Positions 8,551 to 18,074 of a stretch of 32,000 nt of DNA are shown piece by piece. Position 1 is the stretch's first letter, and each line of letters begins with the position of its first letter. The translations under genes were made by a program, and so were the position numbers. The DNA lies in NCBI GenBank assembly GCA_041659405.1, contig JBAZYK010000001.1, forward strand, positions 60,001 through 92,000, read 5' to 3'. The stretch is from Candidatus Altimarinota bacterium (GTDB lineage: Bacteria > Patescibacteriota > Gracilibacteria > UBA1369). The notes under the pieces are model-generated. The model was given only the letters and a program-made list of their open reading frames with translations. It was not told the DNA's origin and did not search any database.

Positions 8551-9918
8551 ATGGATAATAATCAGAAGAATTATGGGGATGAGGATGACGCTGTAGAGGC
8601 AAAAGTGCTGACACCTCCTTATCAAACACCAAAAGGCGTGCATGATATTTTGCCGCACGATCATGAATATTATACTTTTATTAAAAAGGTGGTTCGTCAC
8701 CGTTGCAGGCAGGCCGGTTTTCGCCGCATTTCTACGCCAATTTTTGAGTTTACCGATGTGTTTAAACGTGGTGTTGGTGAAACCAGCGATATCGTCAGCA
8801 AAGAAATGTACACTTTTCAGGATCGCAAAGGCCGCAGTCTAACATTAAAGCCGGAAGGTACTGCAGGTGTAGTTCGTGCATATTTACAAAATGGCATGCA
8901 GAGTTTGCCTCAGCCGGTTGAGCTTTTTTACATTGAACCTCATTTCCGTTATGATCGTCCGCAAAAAGGACGTTATCGCCAGTTTTGGCAATTTGCGGTT
9001 GAAGTGATTGGTGAAAGTGATCCGGCGCTTGATACTCAAATTATTCAATTGGCTCATAGAATTTTGATGGATTTGGGCATTGCTGAGCTGTTTTCGTTGC
9101 AACTTAATAATATTGGTTGCGCGGTTTGTCGTCCAAATTATATGAATGTTTTGAAGGATTTTTATTTTGGAAAAGAAAGATCCCTCTGTTTTGAATGTAA
9201 AGATCGCTTGGAAAAAAATCCGTTAAGACTTTTGGATTGCAAGCAGGAAGATTGCCGAATTTTGGCTCAAATTGCACCAAAACTTTCCGATTATTTATGT
9301 ACTGAATGTAAGCAATATGACACCGATGTGAAAGTCTTTTTGGCTGAGGTTAAGATTCCTTATGTGCAAAATAACAGTCTGGTTCGCGGATTGGATTATT
9401 ACACTAAAACCGTTTTTGAATTTTGGGATAAAAGTGATGGCGCACAAAACGCGGTTTGTGGCGGTGGACGTTATGATGGCCTGGTTGAATTAATGGGAGG
9501 ACCATCAACTCCGGCATGTGGGTTTGCCGCAGGAATAGAGCGCATTATTGCCAATATGAAGCGTGAAAAAGTTCGTGTTCCGCACAAAGATGATCTGCAT
9601 GTTTTTGTGGCTCAACTTGGTCATGAGGCTAAGATAAAATGCTTACCACTCATTACCGATTTGCGTGATGCCGGTGTACGTACAATGGGCGCTTTGGGCA
9701 AGGGAGCGATCAAAACTCAAATGCGGTTGGCTGATAAATTCAAGGTTCCTTATGCTTTGATTATGGGCCTGACCGAAGTTCGTGAAGGCACGGTAATTAT
9801 CCGCGATATGAAAGTTGGAACTCAGATTACAATTCCGGTTGAACAGGCTGTAGATGAAGTTATCAGACGCATCGGTGAAGAAAATCTGGACAAATATGTT
9901 CCGGGTGAAACACTCTAA
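8551..9918 (+). CDS. hisS: Histidyl-tRNA synthetase
   Basis: PKGVHDILPHDHEYY, TPIFEFTDVFKRGVGETSDIVSKEMYTFQDRKGRSLTLKPEGTAGVVRAYLQNG, FRYDRPQKGRYRQFWQFAVEVIG, LVRGLDYYTKTVFEF, CGGGRYDGL, GFAAGIERI. Start at MDNNQKNYGDE preferred. Confidence 0.96.
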   Translation: MDNNQKNYGDEDDAVEAKVLTPPYQTPKGVHDILPHDHEYYTFIKKVVRHRCRQAGFRRISTPIFEFTDVFKRGVGETSDIVSKEMYTFQDRKGRSLTLKPEGTAGVVRAYLQNGMQSLPQPVELFYIEPHFRYDRPQKGRYRQFWQFAVEVIGESDPALDTQIIQLAHRILMDLGIAELFSLQLNNIGCAVCRPNYMNVLKDFYFGKERSLCFECKDRLEKNPLRLLDCKQEDCRILAQIAPKLSDYLCTECKQYDTDVKVFLAEVKIPYVQNNSLVRGLDYYTKTVFEFWDKSDGAQNAVCGGGRYDGLVELMGGPSTPACGFAAGIERIIANMKREKVRVPHKDDLHVFVAQLGHEAKIKCLPLITDLRDAGVRTMGALGKGAIKTQMRLADKFKVPYALIMGLTEVREGTVIIRDMKVGTQITIPVEQAVDEVIRRIGEENLDKYVPGETL

Positions 9919-9941
9919 ACAAAACGTAAAAATATAAAAAT

Positions 9942-10340
9942 ATGCCAACAAAAAAACTCTCATTGCAGCAGTCTCATCTTGTGCTTATTGTTATGGCAGT
10001 TGTGGCGCTGCTTTTGACGTTATTGTTTGTGCTATGGCCAAAATCGGCTGCTTCAATCAACGCCGGCAAAAATGGAATAAAAGATTTGGCATCATGTTTA
10101 ACCCAAAAAGGGATCGTAATGTATGGAGTTGATACTTGTGAAAATTGTCAGAATCAAAAGCAAATTTTTGGCCCGGCTTTCGCGCAAATTAAATATGTAA
10201 ATTGTGATTTTAATAAAATTTGTGATGAGCGCGGATACAAATATTATCCGGTTTGGACAGATGATAAAAAAACGCTGCTTGGTCTGCAGACTTTGCCGGA
10301 TTTGGCCAAGTTCAGCAGCTGTGAGCTGGGAAATCCCTAA
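9942..10340 (+). CDS. Membrane-anchored thioredoxin-like protein (CENCQNQ)
   Basis: N-terminal TM helix, then MYGVDTCENCQNQKQIFGPAFAQIKYVNCDFNKICDERGYKYYPVWT, resembling the Trx module often fused to VKOR-type proteins. Confidence 0.75.
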   Translation: MPTKKLSLQQSHLVLIVMAVVALLLTLLFVLWPKSAASINAGKNGIKDLASCLTQKGIVMYGVDTCENCQNQKQIFGPAFAQIKYVNCDFNKICDERGYKYYPVWTDDKKTLLGLQTLPDLAKFSSCELGNP

Positions 10341-10395
10341 AAAATGGCTAACTGTCAATCAATTACAAATTATTAATTACTAATTATTAATAGCT

Positions 10396-11508
10396 ATGTG
10401 GACTCCTTTTAAAAAGAAAACTTCTGCCAAAAAGAAAACTTCTGCCAAAAAGAAAATTTCTGTTAAAAAGTTTTTTTCCTCTGAACATAAAATTTCTTCC
10501 CAGGCTTGGATCATTACTACAGTAGTCCTTGGCGTTTTTTTTGTGGGAGTTTTGATTTACACTTATGTGCCTTCGGCCAAAACCGGAACTGGCACCGAAA
10601 ATAATGGTAAAACTCAGGAATTGCAGTTTGATGTACCAATTACAATAATTTACGATACCAAAGTTCCCGAGCAGAAAGGCAAAATTGAAGTTTTTGTAAA
10701 CAGTCTGGTTAATTCCGAGAAGGGTTTAAAATCAACCTCATTGCAAGAAAAGTGGCTTGATGTAGATAGTGCTGAAGCTAAAACGCTCTTACAGGAAAGC
10801 CAGGCAAAATATTTACCTGTGGCACTTTTGGATCAAAGCATAGAAACGCATCCTCAATTTAAAGCGATTTCTCAGTATCTGCAAAAAACCGGCCAACATT
10901 ATTATTTCCATCTTTATCCTTTGGAACATTTGCAAACTCCACCGGTTGCGGGAGGAAATTCAAAGGGTGCTCAAGCCGATAAAGCCAAAGTGACCATTTT
11001 GGAATATGGCAGTTTTACGTGTAGTCATTGCAAAGATATGGCAGATGTTTTGGCCAAAATCATGAAAGATTATCCGGGTAAAATTGCTTTAGTTTATAAA
11101 CCTTATGATCGTGGCGGATACGATAATACGCTTTCCCAAGGGGCTTTATGCGCGGCTGATCAAAATAAATTTTGGGAAATGCATGACAAACTTTTTGCCG
11201 ATCAGGATAACATGATAAAAATGCTAACCACTGCTTCGGATTCAACTAAAACTCCGGATCAAGCTAAACGTGACGCGATTGTTTTTGATTACCTTGCCGC
11301 CAAAGCCAAATCCCTGGGTTTGAAAACCAAAGATTTCTCTGATTGTTTAACTACCGAAAAATATAAAAAGAGTGTCGAAAATACCACTTTGGAAGCCGGC
11401 GAATATGGAATCGGTGGAACTCCTTCTTTCTTCTTAAACAAGCGATTTACGGATGGTGCTTATACTTATGAGGATTTCAAAGTATTGATAGATGATCAGC
11501 TGCGATAA
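10396..11508 (+). CDS. DsbA-family thiol-disulfide oxidoreductase, membrane anchored
   Basis: TM segment (AWIITTVVLGVFFVGVLIYTYV), VTILEYGSFTCSHCKDMADVLAKIMKDYPGKIALVYKPY, GIGGTPSFFLN. Confidence 0.88.
   Translation: MWTPFKKKTSAKKKTSAKKKISVKKFFSSEHKISSQAWIITTVVLGVFFVGVLIYTYVPSAKTGTGTENNGKTQELQFDVPITIIYDTKVPEQKGKIEVFVNSLVNSEKGLKSTSLQEKWLDVDSAEAKTLLQESQAKYLPVALLDQSIETHPQFKAISQYLQKTGQHYYFHLYPLEHLQTPPVAGGNSKGAQADKAKVTILEYGSFTCSHCKDMADVLAKIMKDYPGKIALVYKPYDRGGYDNTLSQGALCAADQNKFWEMHDKLFADQDNMIKMLTTASDSTKTPDQAKRDAIVFDYLAAKAKSLGLKTKDFSDCLTTEKYKKSVENTTLEAGEYGIGGTPSFFLNKRFTDGAYTYEDFKVLIDDQLR
10417..10470 (+). repeat. Three 18-bp in-frame tandem units encoding KTSAKK/KTSAKK/KISVKK
   Basis: aaaacttctgccaaaaag x2 then aaaatttctgttaaaaag. 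Confidence 0.9.
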
Positions 11509-11557
11509 ATCATTAGGGCGTAAAATCACCTGAAAAAATAATTCTTAAAAGTTGAGC

Positions 11558-12952
11558 ATGAAAAAAACATCCCGATTTTCGTATTTTTCCGGATTCATTT
11601 TACTAACGGCTCTGGCTTTGGGGAATTTGCCCATCGCTTTTGCGGCGGTCAGTTTTCAGGATGTGCCAGCGACTTCCAAGTACTATGCGGCTGTGGAATA
11701 TCTTAAATTGAAGGGTGTTATTTCCGGATATGCGGATGGGACTTTTAAGCCCTCACAAACCATTAATCGTGCCGAAGCGTTAAAAGTGGTGCTCTTGGCA
11801 ATTCAGGCCAAGGATAAAGCTGCGCAAAGTGGCGGCTCGACCCAGCAAAATACCGAAACTCAGGCAAGTGCCGGTGCCGCCAAATCCCCTGCTTTTCCCG
11901 ATGTTAAAGCCACTGATTGGTTTAAAGATTATGTAAATCAGGCTTATCAATTAAAAATTGTGGAGGGTTACCCTGATGGAACTTTTAAACCTGAAAATAA
12001 AATTAATGTGGCTGAAAGTTTGAAAATTATATTTAAATCATTTCAAGTTACGCTGCATGCTTTGCCTTTGAATGCTGATCCTTACGCGGACGTAAAAAAA
12101 GATTCCTGGTATGCGGTTTATGCCCAATATGGTTTGGACCGTCAATTAATTACACCGCAGGGGGATGGCAAATTGCACGGTGAAAAAGCCATTACCCGCG
12201 GTGATTTTGCGGACATTGTTTATCGACTTTTATATGTTCAGGAAGCCAATATAGACAAGTTTCCATTGAGCAAGGATTGGCCAACTTATGTGCATCCGGA
12301 TGATCATTTTTCGGTAAAATATCCTTTTGATTGGCAAAGAATTGATGCCGGTGTGCAAACCGTTTTCTGGAAACAGGACACTGAAAATGGCCAGGTAAGT
12401 TTTGCCCGCATTTACCCAAATAGTGGCACGGTAATTATGGTGGTGGATAAAAACGCTTCCGGGCTTTCACTTCCTCAATATTTGGCTAAAATACAATATG
12501 ATGCAAGTTCCAAGATCGATACAACATCTCTTAACGGGTATCCGTTTGCGACTGTAACAATTGCGGCAACCGGGCTTAGCGATTACTATTTTTTGCTGCC
12601 AAATAAAACCATTTTGATTGTTTATTCACAAATTGGTTCTGGCACGGCAAATACCCAACTGCAGGAAGATGTCCGCTATCTGGTGGGCAGTATTCGTTAT
12701 AGTGACCAGGGTGGGCAAAGCCTTAAAGATCAATTTTTGAGTGGTGTTCGTACCGACTTGTTGGTTTCGGGTAATGGGAAAGAGACAATGAGCAAATTTA
12801 CAGATTTAACATTGTTTGATACCGATACAATTGGTGTGGGTACAGGCCCGGTTGATTATTTTTACAGTGCTTTTTACGACACAACTCTTAAATATGAGCG
12901 TAGTTCCGACACACTGCTTTCCATGAAACAAGGAAAAACTTCAGCTTTTTAA
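11558..12952 (+). CDS. S-layer homology (SLH) domain protein, three SLH repeats
   Basis: Signal peptide, then FQDVPATSKYYAAVEYLKLKGVISGYADGTFKPSQTINRAEALKV; FPDVKATDWFKDYVNQAYQLKIVEGYPDGTFKPENKINVAESLKI; YADVKKDSWYAVYAQYGLDRQLITPQGDGKLHGEKAITRGDFADI. Confidence 0.92.
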   Translation: MKKTSRFSYFSGFILLTALALGNLPIAFAAVSFQDVPATSKYYAAVEYLKLKGVISGYADGTFKPSQTINRAEALKVVLLAIQAKDKAAQSGGSTQQNTETQASAGAAKSPAFPDVKATDWFKDYVNQAYQLKIVEGYPDGTFKPENKINVAESLKIIFKSFQVTLHALPLNADPYADVKKDSWYAVYAQYGLDRQLITPQGDGKLHGEKAITRGDFADIVYRLLYVQEANIDKFPLSKDWPTYVHPDDHFSVKYPFDWQRIDAGVQTVFWKQDTENGQVSFARIYPNSGTVIMVVDKNASGLSLPQYLAKIQYDASSKIDTTSLNGYPFATVTIAATGLSDYYFLLPNKTILIVYSQIGSGTANTQLQEDVRYLVGSIRYSDQGGQSLKDQFLSGVRTDLLVSGNGKETMSKFTDLTLFDTDTIGVGTGPVDYFYSAFYDTTLKYERSSDTLLSMKQGKTSAF

Positions 12953-12961
12953 TAATTTCAG

Positions 12962-13216
12962 ATGAAAAAAACTTTTCGTAAAATAATAATTTTGACTTTG
13001 GGGTTACTTACTATTAGTTTGATGTCCGGTTGCGCATCTACAAATCAACAGGTTGGGACAAACCGTGAGCCGGTGGTTAATGTTCCAGGCGCACCTTCTG
13101 TTAAGGGACCAACTTCTGCTCCAATCAACATGAAAGGGCCAAGCAGTGCGCCGGGGGTGACGACAACTGAACAAGTTAATATTAGCCCTAAAAGCCCATA
13201 TCCAAAGGTTAATTAA
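12962..13216 (+). CDS. Small lipoprotein
   Basis: MKKTFRKIIILTLGLLTISLMSGCAST: signal peptide with a plausible lipobox (LMSGC), then a Pro-rich mature part. Confidence 0.7.
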   Translation: MKKTFRKIIILTLGLLTISLMSGCASTNQQVGTNREPVVNVPGAPSVKGPTSAPINMKGPSSAPGVTTTEQVNISPKSPYPKVN

Positions 13217-13243
13217 GACAATTTTGCAATTTATTTATTTTTT

Positions 13244-14392
13244 ATGGACGTTTTTGAAAAGTCACTGGAACTGCACGCAAAGCTTCATGGAGTTTTGGAA
13301 ATTGCCCTAAAAACGCCCGTTGATACGCGTGAAGATTTAAGTTTGGCCTATACACCGGGAGTGGCTGAACCTTGCCGAAAAATTCAGGAAAATCCAGAGG
13401 ATGCTTATGTTTATACAATGAAATGCAATACTGTGGCGGTTGTTACCGATGGCAGTGCGGTTTTGGGACTTGGAAATATTGGCTCGCTGGCCGGATTACC
13501 GGTTATGGAAGGCAAATGCCTGCTGTTAAAACGTTTTGGTAACGTTGATGCTTTTCCGATTTGTCTGGATACGCAGGACGTAGAAGAGATCATCGCAACG
13601 GTCAAACATATCGCGCCCGGGTTTGGAGGAATTCATTTGGAAGATATTTCTGCGCCACGTTGTTTTGAAATTGAAGAAAGACTTAAAAAAGAGCTGGATA
13701 TCCCCGTTTTCCATGATGATCAGCATGGAACGGCAGTCGTAGTTTTGGCCGGTTTAATTAATGCCTTAAAACTTGTGGATAAAAAATGGGATGAAGCCAA
13801 AATTGTGATTTCAGGCGCAGGCGCGGCGGCAATGGCAACAACCAAGTTGTTACTTTTATACGGCGCTAAAAATGTAATTTTATGTGATCGCCAGGGGGCA
13901 ATTTATTTGGAAAGGGCGGATTTGACCAATGCTCCATACAAACTGGAAATGGCCCGTGTAACCAATCCAAATAAAGAAAAAGGGACGCTGGCGGAAGTTG
14001 TTAAAGGCGCTGATGTTTTTGTGGGAGTTTCCGCTCCGGGATTAATGACCAAAGAAATGGTCGCTACCATGGCTCCAAAATCAATTGTCTTTGCAATGGC
14101 AAATCCAACACCGGAAATTATGCCGGATGAGGCCAAGGCGGGCGGTGCTTACATTGTTGGCACCGGACGCAGCGATTATCCAAATCAAATCAATAATGTA
14201 CTTTCTTTTCCGGGGATCTTTAGAGGCGTGTTGGACGCGCGTGCTCCACAAATTACCAATGCCATGAAATTGGCTGCAGCTAAAGCTTTGGCCGAGCATG
14301 TAACTGATCCAACCGTGGACAAAATTATTCCGGGAGTTTTTGATGATGGCATTGCCGAACTCGTGGCAAATGCAGTTAAAAAATGTGCTTAG
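13244..14392 (+). CDS. NAD(P)-dependent malic enzyme
   Basis: DLSLAYTPGVAEPCRKI, VAVVTDGSAVLGLGNIG, PVMEGKCLLLKRFGNVDAFPICLD, FGGIHLEDISAPRCFEIE, IPVFHDDQHGTAVVVLAGLINAL, VFAMANPTPEIMPDEA. Confidence 0.95.
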   Translation: MDVFEKSLELHAKLHGVLEIALKTPVDTREDLSLAYTPGVAEPCRKIQENPEDAYVYTMKCNTVAVVTDGSAVLGLGNIGSLAGLPVMEGKCLLLKRFGNVDAFPICLDTQDVEEIIATVKHIAPGFGGIHLEDISAPRCFEIEERLKKELDIPVFHDDQHGTAVVVLAGLINALKLVDKKWDEAKIVISGAGAAAMATTKLLLLYGAKNVILCDRQGAIYLERADLTNAPYKLEMARVTNPNKEKGTLAEVVKGADVFVGVSAPGLMTKEMVATMAPKSIVFAMANPTPEIMPDEAKAGGAYIVGTGRSDYPNQINNVLSFPGIFRGVLDARAPQITNAMKLAAAKALAEHVTDPTVDKIIPGVFDDGIAELVANAVKKCA

Positions 14393-14510
14393 TTTTTTGT
14401 CAATCTCAACTCTGGAATAAATGAAATTTTGTGTTAAAATAATGCGGAATTTTGTAAAAGCTCCAGCTTAAAGCCAAGGGCTGATTATAAATAAACAAAA
14501 AATAAACCGT

Positions 14511-15197
14511 ATGGATCAGATTCAAATTGTTGCTCATCGCGGAGGGAAAAGTCCTTATCACGAAAACAGTCTTGAAACATTCCAATATTCCATAGAGCAT
14601 GGAGCGGATGCGGTGGAAATGGATATGCGCTACGATCGCCGTAAGCAGCGTTTTTATTTGGAGCATGATTTTATTCATACGCCCAAAAACCGTGAAAATA
14701 CTATTTCAAAAGTGATCCCCTATTTGCCGGAATCCGCGCATTTGGTAATTGAACTTAAAACACTTTCCTGGCTCAGAAAAAAATACGCCCTGAAATTTTT
14801 GGAGGTGGTTAAGCAATATAAACTTACGCACCACGCGACTATGATTTCTTATAATCCGTTTGTTTTGTTGCAACTGCGAAGATTCAGAAAAGACCTGAAG
14901 ATAGGCTTTATTTGCCCTTCACATTTTAGAGCCTGGCTTTTTAGAAAATGGATTTATCTGATTGAACCACAGATTTTGTTTTTGCATCGTCGTATTTGGA
15001 ATGATGAAATGATCAACTTTGCGCGGAATAAAAAATTTAAAATTTATGGCTATACCGCCAATAAAGAAGAGGAATGGTTGAAAGTAAAAGAGTTGGGATT
15101 TGATGGAGTGGTTACCGATTTGCCGGAAGAAGCGCGAAAAGTGTTGTATCCTAAAGAGGCAAATGAGCTTGAGTTTGAGCGAAAAATCACGACATAG
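14511..15197 (+). CDS. Glycerophosphodiester phosphodiesterase family protein
   Basis: IVAHRGGKSPYHENSLETFQYSIEHGADAVEMDMRYD...LEHD, LVIELK, YGYTANKEEEWLKVKELGFDGVVTDLPE. Confidence 0.9.
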   Translation: MDQIQIVAHRGGKSPYHENSLETFQYSIEHGADAVEMDMRYDRRKQRFYLEHDFIHTPKNRENTISKVIPYLPESAHLVIELKTLSWLRKKYALKFLEVVKQYKLTHHATMISYNPFVLLQLRRFRKDLKIGFICPSHFRAWLFRKWIYLIEPQILFLHRRIWNDEMINFARNKKFKIYGYTANKEEEWLKVKELGFDGVVTDLPEEARKVLYPKEANELEFERKITT

Positions 15198-15211
15198 TCG
15201 TACCAACGACA

Positions 15212-15240
15212 TTGCCACCCGAAAGGAGACTCGCTATAAT
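15212..15240 (+). promoter_or_regulatory. Sigma70-like promoter for yebC
   Basis: TTGCCA (15212-15217), 17-nt spacer, TATAAT (15235-15240), 38 nt before the MSGHSKW start. Confidence 0.65.
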
Positions 15241-15277
15241 TGGGGCGGTTTTTGTTTGTTTTCCTAACGAATTTCTT

Positions 15278-16105
15278 ATGTCCGGACATTCAAAATGGCA
15301 CTCAATCAAACATAAAAAAGGCGCAGAAGACGCGCGACGCGGAAAGATTTTTACAAAGCATGCCAAGCTTGTTGCGATTGCGGCGAGGGGTGGTGGTGAT
15401 CCGAATATGAATCCTTCACTGCGCATGGCTATTGATAATGCCCGTGCGGAAAATATGCCGCGTGAAAACATTGAACGAGCAATTAAAAAGGGCACAGGTG
15501 AGGGGAAAGGAGCTGCCGTAATGGAAGAAGTCATGTATGAAGGTTTTGGACAAGGTGGAGCGGCGCTTTATATTGAAACGCTGACCGATAACCGCAACCG
15601 CACAGTGACGAATTTAAAGTATGCAATTGGTAAAAATGGTGGAAATTTGGGAGCGGCCGGCTCAGTTGGCTATTTGTTCAAGAAAAAGGGGCGCATTACG
15701 ATTCCGCTTAAACCGGAAATTGTGGAAGATAAATTTAAAAAGACCGTTCCGGTTCCACAAAAAAGCTTGGAAGAAATTGAACTTGCGGCAATTGATGCAG
15801 GGGCCGAAGATGTAAAATTTGATGGTCCAATTGATGAAAAAGGCAACCCGGCTGATGATGCTTTTGTTGAAGTTTATACCGAACCACATGATTTGATGAA
15901 AGTGCGAGGTTCGCTGGAGAAAGCCGGAATCAAGACTAAGTCCGCGGCTTTAACTTATCTTCCGCAAACTACCGTGGCGATTTCCGAAGAACAAATCGCG
16001 CGAGAATTGCTGGATTTAATCAACGTAATTGAAGAAGATGAAGACGTAAATGAAGTCTTCAGTAATTTTGAAATTGCCGAGGCTGTTTTGGAAAAGTTGG
16101 TGTAA
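15278..16105 (+). CDS. yebC: YebC/PmpR family regulator / translation factor
   Basis: MSGHSKWHSIKHKKGAEDARRGKIFTKHAKLVAIAARGGGDPNMNPSLRMAIDNARAENMPRENIERAIKKGTG. Start at 15278 is preferred over 15212 because a promoter occupies the latter region. Confidence 0.95.
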   Translation: MSGHSKWHSIKHKKGAEDARRGKIFTKHAKLVAIAARGGGDPNMNPSLRMAIDNARAENMPRENIERAIKKGTGEGKGAAVMEEVMYEGFGQGGAALYIETLTDNRNRTVTNLKYAIGKNGGNLGAAGSVGYLFKKKGRITIPLKPEIVEDKFKKTVPVPQKSLEEIELAAIDAGAEDVKFDGPIDEKGNPADDAFVEVYTEPHDLMKVRGSLEKAGIKTKSAALTYLPQTTVAISEEQIARELLDLINVIEEDEDVNEVFSNFEIAEAVLEKLV

Positions 16106-16124
16106 GGTTTTTTCTAAATCAGAC

Positions 16125-16910
16125 TTAAGCGCACGGCACCGCCTGTTTCCAGCTCAACTCAAAAATAATATTGCGAAAGAAATCGGCAATGTCCGGATTT
16201 TGAATGATGGTGCAGGTCATTTGGCTTTCAGTGTAGGACATGAGCGCCACTTTGTCGTCCCAGTTAAAAAACCCGGAAGTCCATTTTAGTTCTGCCGGAA
16301 GCAATCTGACTTCAATTTTGTATTCCTTGGCTTTTTTGTTGACCCTGGTGGCAAAGTCACATGGTGGAAAAATCAGCTTGGTATAAATGTTTTTGGCTCC
16401 TCTGCGCGCAAAATAATTTTCCAGATAAGCCGGTTCCAGCAGTTTGGAAAATATGTCCACATAAGTAAAAACCCGCACGCCGTTTTTGGCAGTGAGAGTT
16501 TCTTCCAACATCTTTTTAAAGCCATCAACGCCCTCATAAAATTTTACGGTCGGCACACTTCGACTGACATTTTTCACCGAATTTAAAATTTTCGTAATAT
16601 AGTCCAGATTTGATTCCATCAGCTTCAACTCATTATATTTAGTCTGAAGTAACCGTTTTAAAATATCGGGATCTTCCGCTGCAATCAGGCGTCTTTTGCC
16701 CTTCAAAGTTTCAAACAATAGACCTTTTTTAAGGAGTTCCTTAACCGCACTATGGCAAGTTATGCGATTCAAATTTAACTTTGCGGACACTTCCATGACC
16801 GTAGTAGTTCCAAGCTCCAAACATTCAACATAAATAGAAGCTTCGGTCTGATTGCAGCCGAACTGTTTTAATTGTTGAAAGATCCGCTGGAGATCGACTT
16901 TATTGAGCAT
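16125..16910 (-). CDS. TrmB-family transcriptional regulator
   Basis: N-terminal winged HTH (LKQFGCNQTEASIYVECLELGTTTVMEVSAKLNLNRITCHSAVKELLKKGLLFETLKGKRRLI) followed by a coiled segment and a TrmB-like C-terminal domain. Confidence 0.8.
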   Translation of the reverse strand: MLNKVDLQRIFQQLKQFGCNQTEASIYVECLELGTTTVMEVSAKLNLNRITCHSAVKELLKKGLLFETLKGKRRLIAAEDPDILKRLLQTKYNELKLMESNLDYITKILNSVKNVSRSVPTVKFYEGVDGFKKMLEETLTAKNGVRVFTYVDIFSKLLEPAYLENYFARRGAKNIYTKLIFPPCDFATRVNKKAKEYKIEVRLLPAELKWTSGFFNWDDKVALMSYTESQMTCTIIQNPDIADFFRNIIFELSWKQAVPCA

Positions 16911-16931
16911 AAAATGGTTTATTTACATTAA

Positions 16932-16952
16932 ATGTAGAATATTTTTCTACAT
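16932..16952. promoter_or_regulatory. Candidate operator: 8-bp inverted repeat ATGTAGAA-tattt-TTCTACAT
   Basis: Perfect 8/8 arms, 5-nt spacer, between divergent genes and directly downstream of the leftward -10. Confidence 0.5.
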
Positions 16953-16954
16953 AT

Positions 16955-16983
16955 ATATTATATTATATAAATCCTTTGATCAA
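16955..16983 (-). promoter_or_regulatory. Leftward promoter candidate for the TrmB-family gene
   Basis: TTGATC (16978-16983), 15-17 nt spacer, TATAAT (16957-16962) or TAATAT (16955-16960). Confidence 0.45.
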
Positions 16984-17099
16984 GCCAATAAATGGACTTA
17001 CCACACTGTTGATTTGATGATTTGTAGCATGTTAATTGACTAAAATCCTCATTGGATTATGATGTTGACGTAATCAATATTTCATTTCTTTGTATATTT

Positions 17100-18074
17100 A
17101 TGCCATTCATTCAAGAATTTCAAAATTTGCTTCTGACCAAACCGCGCTTCAACTTAAAAAGCGTGATGGCGGAAAACTGCGATTATGCCGATACCGCCGT
17201 GAAATCAAAAAATTGTTATTACAGTTTTGGGACTTTCTACTGCGAAGATGTCTACTTTGCCCGCTACTCCCGCAAGTGCAGCAACAGTAGCGGTCTAACC
17301 TTCTGCATGAACTGCGAGTGGTGCTCGGAATGCATTGATTGCGTAAACTGTTACATGGCCGATTATTGCCAGGATTGCAGCAACTGCGCCGAAGTCCAAT
17401 TTTGCCAGGACTGCTTTGGCTGCAAAAACTGTTTCGGCTGCGTAGGCTTGTATCAAAAGCAATATTGTTTTTTCAATAAGCAATTATCAAAAGAAGAATA
17501 CGAAAGAAATGTGAAAGCATACCAAATTCAAAATACAACTTATCACCCTACGATTCGTGCGAAAATGCGGGAAATCAAAAAAACAATCCCGCAAATTGGC
17601 ATCCACCAGGTCAAAACCGAGGACTGCGTTGGTGATCACATTACCGAAAGCAAAAATTGTTATCAGTGTTACGACATTTTTGCCTCCGAGGATTGTTTTT
17701 ACAATATTGAAGCCAACGGTAATAAAGATTCGTGCGATATTACGGTTTGTTTTGAGACGGAAGCCTGTTACAGCTGCGTACAATCGCCACTGAATTATAA
17801 CTGCAATTTTCTTTTTCAGGTCGATAATTCAAGCGATAGCGAATTTTGCGCCTACTCACGCAAACTAAAAGACTGCTTTGGCTGTGTGTATTTGGAAAAC
17901 AAGGAATATCACATCTTAAACAAGCCATATTCGCCCGAAGAATATAAAAAAGAAGTTCAAAGAATTAAGGCGGAACTTCAAAAATCGGGACAATATAATA
18001 TGAATCTTTTTCTGGTCAGCGATTACGAAAAAAAGCGAATTGCTACCGAAACTGATTCGGTGATAAGTCCTTAG
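17100..18074 (+). CDS. Cys-rich protein; resembles the C-terminal repeat half of a CPR-type Cys-rich family
   Basis: Dense NCYxCF / CxxC repeats: SKNCYYSFGTFYCEDVYFARYSRKCSNSSG...CQDCFGCKNCFGCVGLYQKQYCFFNKQLSKEEYE; and a second similar module, DCFGCVYLENKEYHILNKPYSPEEYKKE. Start placed at the internal ATG (MPFIQEF). Confidence 0.8.
   Translation: MPFIQEFQNLLLTKPRFNLKSVMAENCDYADTAVKSKNCYYSFGTFYCEDVYFARYSRKCSNSSGLTFCMNCEWCSECIDCVNCYMADYCQDCSNCAEVQFCQDCFGCKNCFGCVGLYQKQYCFFNKQLSKEEYERNVKAYQIQNTTYHPTIRAKMREIKKTIPQIGIHQVKTEDCVGDHITESKNCYQCYDIFASEDCFYNIEANGNKDSCDITVCFETEACYSCVQSPLNYNCNFLFQVDNSSDSEFCAYSRKLKDCFGCVYLENKEYHILNKPYSPEEYKKEVQRIKAELQKSGQYNMNLFLVSDYEKKRIATETDSVISP

Noticed and set aside
10417-10470. 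Possible CRISPR-like direct repeats
   Set aside because: Units are contiguous 18-mers in frame without spacers, so this is a tandem coding repeat.
14406-14678. Minus 90-aa ORF between malic enzyme and GDPD
   Set aside because: Mostly antisense to the GDPD start with no family signature.
15212-15277. Extended YebC N-terminus MPPERRLAIIGAVFVCFPNEFL
   Set aside because: The region holds a TTGCCA-N17-TATAAT promoter, and MSGHSKW is the canonical start.
15187-15534. Minus 115-aa ORF antisense to yebC
   Set aside because: Antisense shadow of a confident yebC CDS.
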